Source: an uncultured Gammaproteobacteria bacterium (GTDB lineage: Bacteria > Patescibacteriota > Microgenomatia > Levybacterales > UBA12049). From it: DNA of 64,000 nucleotides. This document shows positions 10,265-21,135 of the stretch, piece after piece. Numbering within the stretch: position 1 is the stretch's first letter; each line of letters starts with the position of its first letter. The notes beneath the pieces were generated by a model that saw only the letters and a list, made by a program, of their open reading frames with translations, searched no databases and was not told where the DNA came from. The translations under genes and the position numbers were made by a program. The DNA lies in the NCBI GenBank assembly GCA_964523705.1, contig CAZFYA010000001.1:3388-67387 (forward strand), given 5' to 3'.

Positions 10265-11554
10265 TTAATAAACCTCCATGCCTTTTTCTTTTCTCATTAA
10301 ATAATAATAGTAATACGACTCAGGTACCCCCACTTGAAACTCTATTCTTCTTTCGCTATCAACTGCTTCCCTTGCTTTTTTTTCTCTTTCAACAAAATTC
10401 CCTTCATCCTTATATGGCAAAAATTTCAACACTCCATAATATGAATAAACAAGTAAAAATAATATTACCAAAACTTTAACAAATTTATGTTTTATGCTCC
10501 ATATTAAATAAATAAAATAGGATAAAATTAAAAGAACAATAAACCTACTTATTATAAAATAATAATCGCTTATCTCCCCGCTGTAGACTGTAAAAATAAG
10601 CCAGGGAATAATAAACCAAAGAAAAACAAGATATAAAAATCTGATTTTTTTTAATTTTAATGACTGTTTATAAAACACTATAAAAAAAAGAGGTAATAGT
10701 AAAAACTTGTATGGCTTAACTTTATCTAAAACAAGATATGGATCGAATTGAATAAATGCATCGCCTACAATTTGAAACATTCTTTGCAAATGAAAACCAT
10801 GATAATAAGTTGATAGATAAGAAGAAGTTGTTAGATTGACTGAATTATTAGTGATTAAGTAAATAATATTTGGAATTAAAAATATTAAAAAACAAGGAAT
10901 TGAAATTAATATATATTTTAAAGTTTTTTTGTTCTTAGGGAAAAAAGGAAGAGATAATAAAATTATTATTGGAAAGAAAATTGCCGTAAAGTGAAGATTA
11001 AAAGCAATTCCTGTAAAAATAGCCAGGGGAATTAATTTTTTAATATCTTTTGTAATTACTTTGTACAGAAAATAAAAAATTAACATCGAAACTGCCGGAA
11101 GAAGTTGAACAGGCCATTGAATCCCATCAAAAATAATTATACTAAAACAAAAAGTATTTATTACAATCGCAATTATTGCCAACTCGTAAGAAAACAATTT
11201 TTTTGCAACATAAAAAATAGTAAAAAATGTAAAAACACTACTTATAAATGAAATAGTTAGCGAAGCAGCAGGATTTAAACCATAAATCCAATAAAAAAAT
11301 GCAACAAAATAATAATACAAAGGACCAATATATATTCCGCTATTTGCCTTAGCAACCATACCCAAAAGAGGCCAGTTGTTGTTAACTATTAAATTCTTTG
11401 CTGCCCAAGCATTGTCTACCTGATCATATCCAAAAGGGTTTTTTATTTCAGCTTGATATGTACGAAGAAAAATTTCAGATAAAAAAATTATCAACAATAA
11501 AACGTATATTTTATTTTTTTTAATAAATTTTAAATATGTTTTTATTTTTTTCAT
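10265..11554 (-). CDS. Polytopic membrane protein, GT-C-like (family B, short member)
   Basis: 429 aa. FGYDQVDNAWAAKNLIVNNNWPLLGMVAKANSGIYIGPLYYY aligns with the YDxxRD...PLIGP...GP...Y core of the family B members 11554..13062, 19654..21135 and 23451..24953. Confidence 0.45.
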   Translation of the reverse strand: MKKIKTYLKFIKKNKIYVLLLIIFLSEIFLRTYQAEIKNPFGYDQVDNAWAAKNLIVNNNWPLLGMVAKANSGIYIGPLYYYFVAFFYWIYGLNPAASLTISFISSVFTFFTIFYVAKKLFSYELAIIAIVINTFCFSIIIFDGIQWPVQLLPAVSMLIFYFLYKVITKDIKKLIPLAIFTGIAFNLHFTAIFFPIIILLSLPFFPKNKKTLKYILISIPCFLIFLIPNIIYLITNNSVNLTTSSYLSTYYHGFHLQRMFQIVGDAFIQFDPYLVLDKVKPYKFLLLPLFFIVFYKQSLKLKKIRFLYLVFLWFIIPWLIFTVYSGEISDYYFIISRFIVLLILSYFIYLIWSIKHKFVKVLVILFLLVYSYYGVLKFLPYKDEGNFVEREKKAREAVDSERRIEFQVGVPESYYYYYLMRKEKGMEVY

Positions 11555-13062
11555 TAGTTAACTAATCTTTTCTGAACTGTTACTCCACCCTTTAATAATT
11601 TCGATCCGATTATTTGTCCATCTTCTTCTCTTGCCTCAAGCCACCATTTGGGCCTATCGGGGTATCCCTCATCCGGCTCTATAATACAATACATTATATC
11701 CGCCTTTTTAACAGGAGTATATCCGTACTTTTTTTCTCCATACCATATAAAAAGATATTGATAAGTATTATCAAAAACCGGTGGTGTATAAAGTTCGTAT
11801 TTAAAATTCTCTCCTTTTACATCTTTATAGATATAATCAACTACTGCCAGCTGATTTCTATAAACTGCAGCATCGCCTTCAAATAATGGTCTTTGAAAAT
11901 TTTTAACAAATGAAAACGAAATAAAATTTACTACAAAGAGAATGATTAAGATTAATATGCTAACTAAATAATTTTTAGTATTTTTAGAAAATAAATATAA
12001 GCTTATTGATAATAAAAATATATAAACAACAGGTAGCCCAACTAGATAATGCGGCCATATTGCATAAGTAAAGATAAGTGTGCCGATAAAAAATACTACT
12101 AGAGTAATAATTAAAGTTAAAATAAAATCCTTAATAATTTTTTGTGCTTTTTTGTAAAACAATAAAAGCGTAACAGCAATTAATATCAACAATATTAATT
12201 CTAAATATCCTCTTGCTGGTAAAAACGTGTTTGAAAATGAATCAAAATACGTAAGAACTCTATTTTCTAAAAAATGGTATAAATCCAATTTATCCTCAAG
12301 TGTCTTAGCTGATAAAAATGAAAGAGCGGATTTTGTCATTAAAAAACTGTGTCTTAATTCAAAAATTATTCTTGGTGAAAAAATAAACAACCCTCCAAGC
12401 AAAAACAAAAGTATTTGTTTTATTTTTATGCTTTTTTTTAAAATAACCAAACATGAAAAAACTATACCTAATGAAAATAAAAATCCCCATAAAATCTCAA
12501 TATCAATATTTAAGGCAAGAAGAAGTCCTAAAATAAAAAAATACCTTAAATTTGCTTTACTTTTTAATACATATATTCTCTCTAATACCAAAAATGTTAC
12601 AAGAACTAATAACGGAGCAATATTTGGATTCCAAATTTGAGAAGATAATGAAATTAATGTTGATGAGATCGCTGTTAACAAAGCCATTGAAATACCTAAG
12701 AAACTATTTCCAATCTTTTTTCCTAAATAGAAAGAAAGAATAATTGATGCTATTCCAAATAAAGACATCGTAAAAGCAATTCCCTGCGGATCACCCACAA
12801 ATACCACAAAAAAAGGAAGTAATATAAAATACCACCATGGACCATAAAAAACCCCCTGAATCCCTGTTGTAGGCCCAATTAGAGTAAGTTTATGATTATA
12901 AGCAATGTCCCACAGAGAAAGTAAGTCTCTTCCAACGTCATAAGTAAAAGCAAAAGAATTATTTAACACCCCTTCAAGCCTTAAAACTGAACCAATTATT
13001 AAAATAACTAGGAAAACGAGATTTTCTTTTTTAGAAAATATTTTTTTAAAAAGCTTCATCAT
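11554..13062 (-). CDS. Polytopic membrane protein, GT-C-like (family B)
   Basis: 502 aa, more than 10 TM. FTYDVGRDLLSLWDIAYNHKLTLIGPTTGIQGVFYGPWWYF motif shared with three paralogs. Confidence 0.5.
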   Translation of the reverse strand: MMKLFKKIFSKKENLVFLVILIIGSVLRLEGVLNNSFAFTYDVGRDLLSLWDIAYNHKLTLIGPTTGIQGVFYGPWWYFILLPFFVVFVGDPQGIAFTMSLFGIASIILSFYLGKKIGNSFLGISMALLTAISSTLISLSSQIWNPNIAPLLVLVTFLVLERIYVLKSKANLRYFFILGLLLALNIDIEILWGFLFSLGIVFSCLVILKKSIKIKQILLFLLGGLFIFSPRIIFELRHSFLMTKSALSFLSAKTLEDKLDLYHFLENRVLTYFDSFSNTFLPARGYLELILLILIAVTLLLFYKKAQKIIKDFILTLIITLVVFFIGTLIFTYAIWPHYLVGLPVVYIFLLSISLYLFSKNTKNYLVSILILIILFVVNFISFSFVKNFQRPLFEGDAAVYRNQLAVVDYIYKDVKGENFKYELYTPPVFDNTYQYLFIWYGEKKYGYTPVKKADIMYCIIEPDEGYPDRPKWWLEAREEDGQIIGSKLLKGGVTVQKRLVN

Positions 13063-13065
13063 GTT

Positions 13066-14733
13066 TTAGGTTTTTGCAATTATCATTGCCGGAGTTCCGT
13101 CTAGATTATATATAGTTTTAAAAGCTGCTTGCTGAGGAATTTCATCAGGGTTTCCAATATACAATACGTTTTTTTCTAATGAATCATTCCCCCAGTTAAT
13201 TGGCCTAAATTCATATTTTCCATAACTTTGATGAGCCGCAAAACTACCTGAACTATTTTCCCCAACTTTTTGATATTCTTTTGGCGGGTATTTTAAATAG
13301 AAAGCAAAAAACATATAAGACTTATCCATTGGTTGCTTATCTGAAATTACCACTTTTTTAAAATTATCTTGAATTGGTTTTATTTCATTAATTGCTTTTT
13401 CGTATCCATATTGCCAATCCTTCGAATAATAATAATTCTGCTGTACAAAATACTGATTTAGGAAAAATGAAAAATTAAAAATAAAAATAGATACAAAGAT
13501 TATGTATAAAATATATTTTATTTTCTTAAACTTTTGTATTGCTAAAATTAAAGCAATTAATCCAATTGCTGAAAATATATGCCAAGTGGGCAAAAAATTT
13601 AACGTTCTTACCGCATGTGGAACTCCTGTTGTAATCGATGCTGGAATCGGTGCTATTAAAAACCAGGAAAAAATTAGACATCTTGTACGTTTTCCAAATC
13701 CGCCAGCTGACGGACCAAAAATTAAGGCATAAATTCCAATTAAGATAAGAGGAAATTCAAAAAGATATAAAAGCCCCATGCTTGGTGCATGATGACGAGA
13801 AATATCACCTGTTATAAAAAGCCAATTCAAATTAAAATGAGAAATATATCCTGAAACTATTGTTTTTGCATATACAATTCGTCTGTTATCCAATACAAAT
13901 CCTAATTTATTATTATCCTTTAAGTCTCTATCCAGTTTTTTAGTATTTGTTTTTAAAAGTTCTGTTTGGTAAGAAAAAATACTTGTTCCCTTAACTCTTA
14001 AAAGAGATGAGCTGTCGCTTAATATATACATTACCATTGGCATTAAAATTACAATTACCAGAATTAAAGAGGAAATTAAATATTTTTTACCTAAAAGTAG
14101 CAGCTGTTTTCTGTAAATTAAAATTAATGCAATAACAAGAAGCGGCGTAAAAACCCTGGTGCTCTGATATATATATGGAGATAATCCAATAAATATTGCT
14201 GATATTAGCAACAGCCATGGTTTTTTAAGTCCCTTTAGAAAAAATAAAGCAATTAAGATATTAAAAGAAGAACCAACATTTGCCTCGAAAGCAACTCTTG
14301 AGAATTGCATCGACCAAGGAGAAATTGCTAATAAAAAGGCGGATAATAATGCTAAATAATCCCTATATTTATAATCCTTAAATAACTCTCTGATTAAAAA
14401 GAAAACAGAAACAACCGAAATTACTCCAAAAATTGCCGATGGAAATCTTACTGCAAATACATTTAAACCAAAAACCAGAATTGATGGAATCGTAAGATAT
14501 GCATAAAGTGCAGGCTTATAATCATCAAAAGAGCGAAGAACAACCGGTAGGAATTTATTAAACTCATCCCTTCCTGTTTCAATAATTGAATAAGCATTAA
14601 AACCCAGGGCTACTTCATCCCAATCAGGAGAAGGTGGAACATTACCTAATTGCCACAACCTTAACACTAATGCAAAAAGTACAATTATTGAAAATAATAT
14701 CCAGGTAATTTTTTTAGTCATATGTATAAGCAA
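13066..14733 (-). CDS. PMT/ArnT-family GT-C glycosyltransferase (GT39/GT83-like, family A)
   Basis: 555 aa. First extracytoplasmic loop GNVPPSPDWDEVALGFNAYSI carries the DE motif; EFNKFLP...AVRFPSAIFGV...SPWSMQFSRVAFEAN is characteristic of the PMT_2 family. Confidence 0.75.
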   Translation of the reverse strand: MLIHMTKKITWILFSIIVLFALVLRLWQLGNVPPSPDWDEVALGFNAYSIIETGRDEFNKFLPVVLRSFDDYKPALYAYLTIPSILVFGLNVFAVRFPSAIFGVISVVSVFFLIRELFKDYKYRDYLALLSAFLLAISPWSMQFSRVAFEANVGSSFNILIALFFLKGLKKPWLLLISAIFIGLSPYIYQSTRVFTPLLVIALILIYRKQLLLLGKKYLISSLILVIVILMPMVMYILSDSSSLLRVKGTSIFSYQTELLKTNTKKLDRDLKDNNKLGFVLDNRRIVYAKTIVSGYISHFNLNWLFITGDISRHHAPSMGLLYLFEFPLILIGIYALIFGPSAGGFGKRTRCLIFSWFLIAPIPASITTGVPHAVRTLNFLPTWHIFSAIGLIALILAIQKFKKIKYILYIIFVSIFIFNFSFFLNQYFVQQNYYYSKDWQYGYEKAINEIKPIQDNFKKVVISDKQPMDKSYMFFAFYLKYPPKEYQKVGENSSGSFAAHQSYGKYEFRPINWGNDSLEKNVLYIGNPDEIPQQAAFKTIYNLDGTPAMIIAKT

Positions 14734-16366
14734 CTAAAGCTTCTTTTCCGTCTAAACGGTAAAAAGTTTTTAATATGTTTATATTTTCCGGTAATTTATA
14801 AGGCGTATTTACATATAAAACTTTATTCTCTTTACTTAATGAATAATCATAATCCTCTGGAAAAAGGTATTTACCAAAACCTAATATTTTTACAAATCCA
14901 AACGGATCTCTTTGAACTTTCATTGTTTTTCTAAATTCACCAGGCTCTGTTTTTGTGTAGAATAAATAATAAACATAAGGTCTTCCTAATTCATTGGTAA
15001 CTTGTACATAATCGTAATTTCCTTCAACCGACTTTACATACTCAATTGATTCCTTATATCCATATTGCCACTCGCTTGAGTATTCAAAAGAGTAATGATT
15101 AAAATAATTATGTAAAAAGTAAGAAACATTTAAAAACAAAAGAACAAATAAAATAACTATTACTGTATTTTTTATCCATTTTTGTCTGTATTTTTTAAGC
15201 CATAATAAAAAACAAACAAAACCATAAGCAGTCAATATTTGAAACATAGGAAGAGTCGTCTCAATCCTTAGGGCATGAGGTGTTTCCCTTGCAGTTGCAG
15301 CAGGAATTATACCAAGCAACAACCAGCTTGGAATAAGCCACCAATTATCCTCTTTTTTTCGTATTAAAAGAAATATTCCACCAATAAAAAATACGATGTC
15401 CCATATATACATTTGCCCGACATCTTGAATAGAAAACTTTGGATTTCCATCCCCTTTTATAAAAAGAAAATTTGGGTTTAAATTGTCAAAATAATGTCTA
15501 ATATATTCAAGAGAGTATAAAACCCTTCTGTTATTAATGACATTTGACCACAAAGCATTTCCATCATTTTGAATTTGCTGATTAGCTTTCTCAACTACAC
15601 TTATATCAGAGAAAATATTAACCTCTTTAAACCTTAAGCTTGCCTGTGGAGATAATAAAAAGGAAACAACAGGAGCAAGAATTAAAAAACCAAGAATAAT
15701 AGCAAAAATTGTTTGTTTTTTAATTGCTAATAGTTTTTTTCTAAAAGCATATAAAAGAAGCAATAATAAAAGCGGCGCTACTATTCTTGAAGTATTAAAC
15801 GTATATATTGATAAGGCAAATGAAAAGGCCGAAAGTAATAAATACCATTTCCTATCCTGTACGCCTGCTAAAAATGCCCAAACACCCAAAACTATAAAAA
15901 AGCTGGCAACGTTTGCCTCAAATGCTGCACGCGAAAGCATAATGTGCCATGGAGAAATAGCCAAAAATAATGCAGAAAATAAAGCGTATAGATTATTGTT
16001 TTTTGATTTAAAAAATATTCTTTTTACTAAAAAAAACGTCATAAATACCGTTAATACTCCAAAAAAAGCAGATGGGACTCTTACAGCAAACTCATTAAGC
16101 CCAAAAAGAAAAATTGGCAATACTGTTAAATATGCATAAATAGGAGGCTTAAAATCTCCAAATGACTCAAGATAGTCATAAGGTAAAAATCTTCCAAACT
16201 CGTCTTTTCCGTCAATTCCTATTGAGTAGGCATTATACCCCCAGGCTGCCTCATCCCAAGTTAAACTTGGTGGGTTTTGCCCTAAATTATAAAAACGTAG
16301 TGCAAACGCAAGAATAATTATTAAAACTATTAAAAAATTTTTGTTTAAAAACCTATACATCATCAA
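14714..16366 (-). CDS. PMT/ArnT-family GT-C glycosyltransferase (family A)
   Basis: 550 aa. NPPSLTWDEAAWGYNAYSI...AVRVPSAFFGV...SPWHIMLSRAAFEAN; tandem paralog of 13066..14733; 20-nt overlap with the downstream gene. Confidence 0.75.
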   Translation of the reverse strand: MMMYRFLNKNFLIVLIIILAFALRFYNLGQNPPSLTWDEAAWGYNAYSIGIDGKDEFGRFLPYDYLESFGDFKPPIYAYLTVLPIFLFGLNEFAVRVPSAFFGVLTVFMTFFLVKRIFFKSKNNNLYALFSALFLAISPWHIMLSRAAFEANVASFFIVLGVWAFLAGVQDRKWYLLLSAFSFALSIYTFNTSRIVAPLLLLLLLYAFRKKLLAIKKQTIFAIILGFLILAPVVSFLLSPQASLRFKEVNIFSDISVVEKANQQIQNDGNALWSNVINNRRVLYSLEYIRHYFDNLNPNFLFIKGDGNPKFSIQDVGQMYIWDIVFFIGGIFLLIRKKEDNWWLIPSWLLLGIIPAATARETPHALRIETTLPMFQILTAYGFVCFLLWLKKYRQKWIKNTVIVILFVLLFLNVSYFLHNYFNHYSFEYSSEWQYGYKESIEYVKSVEGNYDYVQVTNELGRPYVYYLFYTKTEPGEFRKTMKVQRDPFGFVKILGFGKYLFPEDYDYSLSKENKVLYVNTPYKLPENINILKTFYRLDGKEALVAYTYD

Positions 16367-18078
16367 TTGCTCAATCCTTTCTTATACTCTTTATTATATT
16401 TTAACAGCTCCGATAAGTTAACTGCCTTAAATAGAACATTACCCAATCTATCTTTTACAACAAAAACTGGCTTTACTTCCTTTGGAAAATCTACTGGATT
16501 AGAAATAATAAGAATTTTCTTTGTCGAAAGCTCTGAATTTTCATCAATTACTGGAGGATTTTGAACAAAATAAATATTTTCTATTTTATCTATTGATAGC
16601 CAACTATTTTCTTCTTTGCTATAAGAAACATTTTTTTTACCTTGATATTTTACCGGGTCATATTTATTAAAAAAGAGATAATATATATATTGCTTTGCAT
16701 CATTTAAGTGCCTTGTTATATAAATTCTCTCATAATCATCTTTTAATCCATGTACTTTACCCATTAAGTCTTTATATCCATATTGAGAAAAAATAGAATA
16801 ATTGTTCTTAAAATAAGTGTTATAAGTTATAAAAAGAGAGAAAACACTAAAAAACATAATTAAAGTAATTAATACAATTAACAACTGCTTAAGTCTCTTT
16901 CCTTTTAGAATATTAAAAAGATAATAAAGACCTAGTCCGTTTAAAAGAGCTAAAAACGGTATCATTATTGACGATCTTACATAATTCCCATCACTTGTAA
17001 GTGAATCCGGCACAGGAGACAGCAAAAACAAAATAACAAACGCATAGTTAATCTTCTTATACTTTTTGTCTTTCAACAAAAACAATAATCCCAGTATTAA
17101 AAGCGGCAAACAATAAAGATAGTCCAATCCTCTTTTTGGCAATATTGAAAATTGAGTATCAGTACCACTTATATATAAAAAATTTGTAGAGAAATGAGAT
17201 AAGTAATTTTTTACAAAAGTGCTTGTAAAAAGAAGTGGCTTATTATCAGCAATTTTACAAATAAATGGATCAATGGTATTTTGGCATTGACCTCTTTTGT
17301 CATTAAGTGTATTTATCAAACCCATGCTATTAATATTTGTGTTTAAGCCCACTTGTGAAAACCTAACCGTTGCAGCATTTTTTTGAAAAATAATTGGAGA
17401 TATTAAGATTATAAAAAATATTAACGGTTTTATTAAAGGCTTAAACCCATCTTCTCTTTTGTAATTAATAAATAAGATTACTGCTAAAACAAGAGGCGCA
17501 TAAAGAATATAAGCAGAATATGTATACATAGTAAGAGCTATAAAAAATGCTGATAAAAATAAATCTTTGCTAGTTCTTTTAAATACTCCAAAAAAAAGAG
17601 CAATAATTAGAAAAAATATTGCAATATTTGCTTCATGTGCAATTCTGTTTAAGCCTACGCTCCATGGCATAATTGCTAAAAATAACGAAGAGAAAATAGC
17701 AGCTTTTTTATCAACCAGCTTTCTTGTTAAAAAATACAGAGCAATAACAGCTAATACCCCTGCCAATGCTGATACAAACCTAACAGAAAATTCATTTAAA
17801 CCAAATAAAAATATTGGGATTAGCATTGAGTACCTATTTACAGGAGGTTGAAAATCACCAAAACCAATAAAATTATTTATTGGAAGAAAAGTTCCCCATT
17901 GATCTTTTCCTGTTAGAAGAATTGAATAAGCATCGTATCCTGCATTTGCCTCATCATTTAAAAAACCCGCAGGAATATCTCCTATTTGATAAAATCTTAA
18001 AAAAATTGCGATTAATATTACAAAAAATAAGATTAATCGGTCTTTTGAAAATAAATTCATTTTATATATATTTTCCAA
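16363..18078 (-). CDS. PMT/ArnT-family GT-C glycosyltransferase (family A)
   Basis: 571 aa. IPAGFLNDEANAGYDAYSI...SVRFVSALAGV...MPWSVGLNRIAHEAN. Confidence 0.7.
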   Translation of the reverse strand: MENIYKMNLFSKDRLILFFVILIAIFLRFYQIGDIPAGFLNDEANAGYDAYSILLTGKDQWGTFLPINNFIGFGDFQPPVNRYSMLIPIFLFGLNEFSVRFVSALAGVLAVIALYFLTRKLVDKKAAIFSSLFLAIMPWSVGLNRIAHEANIAIFFLIIALFFGVFKRTSKDLFLSAFFIALTMYTYSAYILYAPLVLAVILFINYKREDGFKPLIKPLIFFIILISPIIFQKNAATVRFSQVGLNTNINSMGLINTLNDKRGQCQNTIDPFICKIADNKPLLFTSTFVKNYLSHFSTNFLYISGTDTQFSILPKRGLDYLYCLPLLILGLLFLLKDKKYKKINYAFVILFLLSPVPDSLTSDGNYVRSSIMIPFLALLNGLGLYYLFNILKGKRLKQLLIVLITLIMFFSVFSLFITYNTYFKNNYSIFSQYGYKDLMGKVHGLKDDYERIYITRHLNDAKQYIYYLFFNKYDPVKYQGKKNVSYSKEENSWLSIDKIENIYFVQNPPVIDENSELSTKKILIISNPVDFPKEVKPVFVVKDRLGNVLFKAVNLSELLKYNKEYKKGLSN

Positions 18079-19670
18079 ATAGTCTCCGTATTCCCAAAAG
18101 TTCTAATTGTATTATCTGGATCACTTTTTTTATGACATTTTTCAGGGCTAATATATATTGAATTTTCTTGAATATAATCTCTTGGATCTCCCAATCCATC
18201 CATTAAGCAATTTCTTTCTAGAATAATGTTGTCAATTATTATCGGATTATTTCTAAACACGACCTGAATTTTATTGGGATCAATCTTGTTATAAAATGCA
18301 TAATGAAGTAATGTATTTTGTGTTCCGCCGGCAATAAAAATTTTTTTATCTTTATTTTTATTTACATAATCCACAAGGTCTTTTGTGCTTTTAGAAAAAT
18401 CCTTTACATGTGAATATGCAAAACGATAATGATATTCCACAAAGTAACCAAAAGCAAAATATGTATAAAGCGTAATCATAATTACCACAAAAACGACTTT
18501 TAGATATTTATTTTTAAAGAAATTGTAAACTGAAAAAATTCCTGCTCCAATAAGAATATATAAAAATGGGATCATCAATTCGGATCTGATTACATATGTA
18601 GGTGTATATGAACCTATTCCTGACGGTAGTGCAGATGATAGAAGCATAAATATTACAAAAACAAGCTCCCTTTTGCGCGATTTGTAAAGATAAAGTGTTC
18701 CTAAGACTAGAAAAAGAGCCTCAAAAAGATAAAGCTCTCCTCTGTCCCACATTGAAAAAATTGCACTAGGTTCTTGATTGATAAACAAAAACTGAGTTGA
18801 GAAAGCATAAAAATATTGATGATTAAAAACTCCAAACCAATAAGTTACTTTATTATTAAAAACAGTTTTAAGAATCTCCGGAGCATTAATATAAGTTCTT
18901 CTTTCCAGCTCTATAACTTCAGCGTCTTTGTAATTATTTGTAAAGAAAAAAGGTCCGCCGGCATACTGGGCTGCTTTTTGAGTCTTATCAAGATAAAAGA
19001 AAGACAAGAACGTAAAAACAGTAAAAAAAATAATTATAAACAATTGTTTTTTACTTAAATCTTTTAATTTATAAATTGTCAAAATTAGTATGAATGGCAG
19101 AAAAATTATCTTAGTAGCAGCATAACTATAGAAACCTAATAAAAAAAATATCATCGACAACAGGGTGATTAAAACAGTTTTTTTCCTCTGATTTACAAAA
19201 AGAAATATTCCCAAAAGATAAAAAAACATAGAAAATGCAGGATCGTATGCAACTCTAGATATCTGGATATGCCAACCTGAAACAGCCATAGCAAAAGAGG
19301 AAATAAGCGCAATTGTATAATTATTTGTAATTTTTTTTGTTATTAAAAATAATAATAAAACTGATAACACGCTTACCAGTGCATACGGCAATCTACTAGA
19401 AAAAACTGATAATTCAAGAATTGAAAAAAATAAACTCGAAATATATATAGAAACTGGGCCAAAGTTGACTGCTTCCATATTAAAGGTCAAAGGAATGTAA
19501 TGTCCATTAACATCCTTTAATGTGTGATAAAAAGAATATGCACTATAGCTTTCTCTAACCTCATCATCTGACAAGCTAATTGGTGCACCTCCTATGTTCC
19601 ACAATCTTAAAAATACTGCAATGAAAACAATTACCAATAGTAATAACTTCCAATTAATTATTTTTTTCAT
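18057..19670 (-). CDS. PMT/ArnT-family GT-C glycosyltransferase (divergent family A member)
   Basis: 537 aa. ISLSDDEVRESYSAYSF...SSRLPYALVSV...SGWHIQISRVAYD; same architecture but more diverged. Confidence 0.6.
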   Translation of the reverse strand: MKKIINWKLLLLVIVFIAVFLRLWNIGGAPISLSDDEVRESYSAYSFYHTLKDVNGHYIPLTFNMEAVNFGPVSIYISSLFFSILELSVFSSRLPYALVSVLSVLLLFLITKKITNNYTIALISSFAMAVSGWHIQISRVAYDPAFSMFFYLLGIFLFVNQRKKTVLITLLSMIFFLLGFYSYAATKIIFLPFILILTIYKLKDLSKKQLFIIIFFTVFTFLSFFYLDKTQKAAQYAGGPFFFTNNYKDAEVIELERRTYINAPEILKTVFNNKVTYWFGVFNHQYFYAFSTQFLFINQEPSAIFSMWDRGELYLFEALFLVLGTLYLYKSRKRELVFVIFMLLSSALPSGIGSYTPTYVIRSELMIPFLYILIGAGIFSVYNFFKNKYLKVVFVVIMITLYTYFAFGYFVEYHYRFAYSHVKDFSKSTKDLVDYVNKNKDKKIFIAGGTQNTLLHYAFYNKIDPNKIQVVFRNNPIIIDNIILERNCLMDGLGDPRDYIQENSIYISPEKCHKKSDPDNTIRTFGNTETIWKIYIK

Positions 19671-21135
19671 TTAAATACCATTCCTCTGTCGATTCGTATA
19701 CTGCACTTGGATTAATACTTACCCAATTTTCATTAATCAACGCACTAGTAGAAGCATTTGTTAAATCAAAAACCTCTATACCTCCTATGTTGCTAATCAA
19801 TTTAGGATATTTTCTGATAACCTTATCGTTTGAAGAGATAACCGCTAATCCAATTTTCTTACCGCTATCGTCTATCCTTTTTACCGTATCCAAAAATAAA
19901 ACTAAAGGCAGTCCTCTTTCAGAATATTGATATTCGTAAAGATAAACTGAAAATTTTTCATTAGGAAGCTTTTCTATTAGCTTATTTGTAAATAAATTTG
20001 CCTCTTTAGCTGTATTATTTGTCGCTGAAGTAATAACACTAATATTTATTCTCATTGTAAAAACAGTAATTATTAAAAGAAAAACCCAAAAAACAAATTT
20101 ATTTAACTGATTAAGCTTATAAAGAACAAAGCTTGAAAAAATTAATAAAAAAGAACTTAAAAATGCTGTATATACTCCAAATATTATTCCCTTATAATAC
20201 CTAAGCATCACAAAGATTAGTAAAAAAGAGATTATTAAAGAAAGCATTTCTTTCGAAATTTTTCTTTTTATTATTTCGTATAATGAAATCATTACTAATA
20301 AAGCAATTAATAAATAGCTAATAATTACATGTCCGCCAATTACTTCAGACCACGTTTTTGGCCAAAAAATTCCAACATATGTTAACCACCTGTTTGGAAC
20401 ATAAATCCTATTTTGGCCATAAAGATAATAATCAAGCATATTTCTAGATTCAAAAAAATTCGTCTTCAAATCAAAAATCAATAATGGAATAAACGGGATT
20501 AAAAAACCAAGAATTAAAAACACTAACTGTTTTAACTTTCTTTTACTAAACAAAAACCCTACTGGAATTAAAAACAGTAACCCTATCGCCTGAAAATGTA
20601 TATTAACTGCATTGGCTATAAAAAAACCAAGCAAAAATAAGTCAAATCCTTTTGAGTACTTAACCGATCTTATAAAAAAGTAAACAGAAATTATTGCAAA
20701 AAATCCAGCCATTGAAGGCGAAACTAAATTAGTAGAATGCATTATTTGTTGAGTTGATATTGCTGTTAAAAAAGCCATTATTAATCCAAATTTCTCATTA
20801 ATAATTTCTTTTCCAATTAAAAACATTATGTAAACGGCAAAAACGTAAAGAATCGTTTGCATTATCCATGGACCAATTAATAGATTTGGAGATAGAAAAA
20901 CAAAAAGTGAAATTATCCAATACCATTGAGGCCCATAAACAAATTGACCAGCTGAGCTAAATGGACCGATTAGGGGAATTAGATGATTATTCAAAGCATA
21001 TATAGAAACTATTAAATCACGAGCATGATCAGATGCTAATCCCCATCTATTCCAGTAATTAATAAACCTCAATACAGTAGCAAGTATTATAATGCAATAA
21101 AGTAATAATTTGTTTTTTTTTAGTATTTTTTTCAT
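19654..21135 (-). CDS. Polytopic membrane protein, GT-C-like (family B)
   Basis: 493 aa. LASDHARDLIVSIYALNNHLIPLIGPFSSAGQFVYGPQWYW; paralog of 11554..13062 and 23451..24953. Confidence 0.5.
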   Translation of the reverse strand: MKKILKKNKLLLYCIIILATVLRFINYWNRWGLASDHARDLIVSIYALNNHLIPLIGPFSSAGQFVYGPQWYWIISLFVFLSPNLLIGPWIMQTILYVFAVYIMFLIGKEIINEKFGLIMAFLTAISTQQIMHSTNLVSPSMAGFFAIISVYFFIRSVKYSKGFDLFLLGFFIANAVNIHFQAIGLLFLIPVGFLFSKRKLKQLVFLILGFLIPFIPLLIFDLKTNFFESRNMLDYYLYGQNRIYVPNRWLTYVGIFWPKTWSEVIGGHVIISYLLIALLVMISLYEIIKRKISKEMLSLIISFLLIFVMLRYYKGIIFGVYTAFLSSFLLIFSSFVLYKLNQLNKFVFWVFLLIITVFTMRINISVITSATNNTAKEANLFTNKLIEKLPNEKFSVYLYEYQYSERGLPLVLFLDTVKRIDDSGKKIGLAVISSNDKVIRKYPKLISNIGGIEVFDLTNASTSALINENWVSINPSAVYESTEEWYLNEKNN

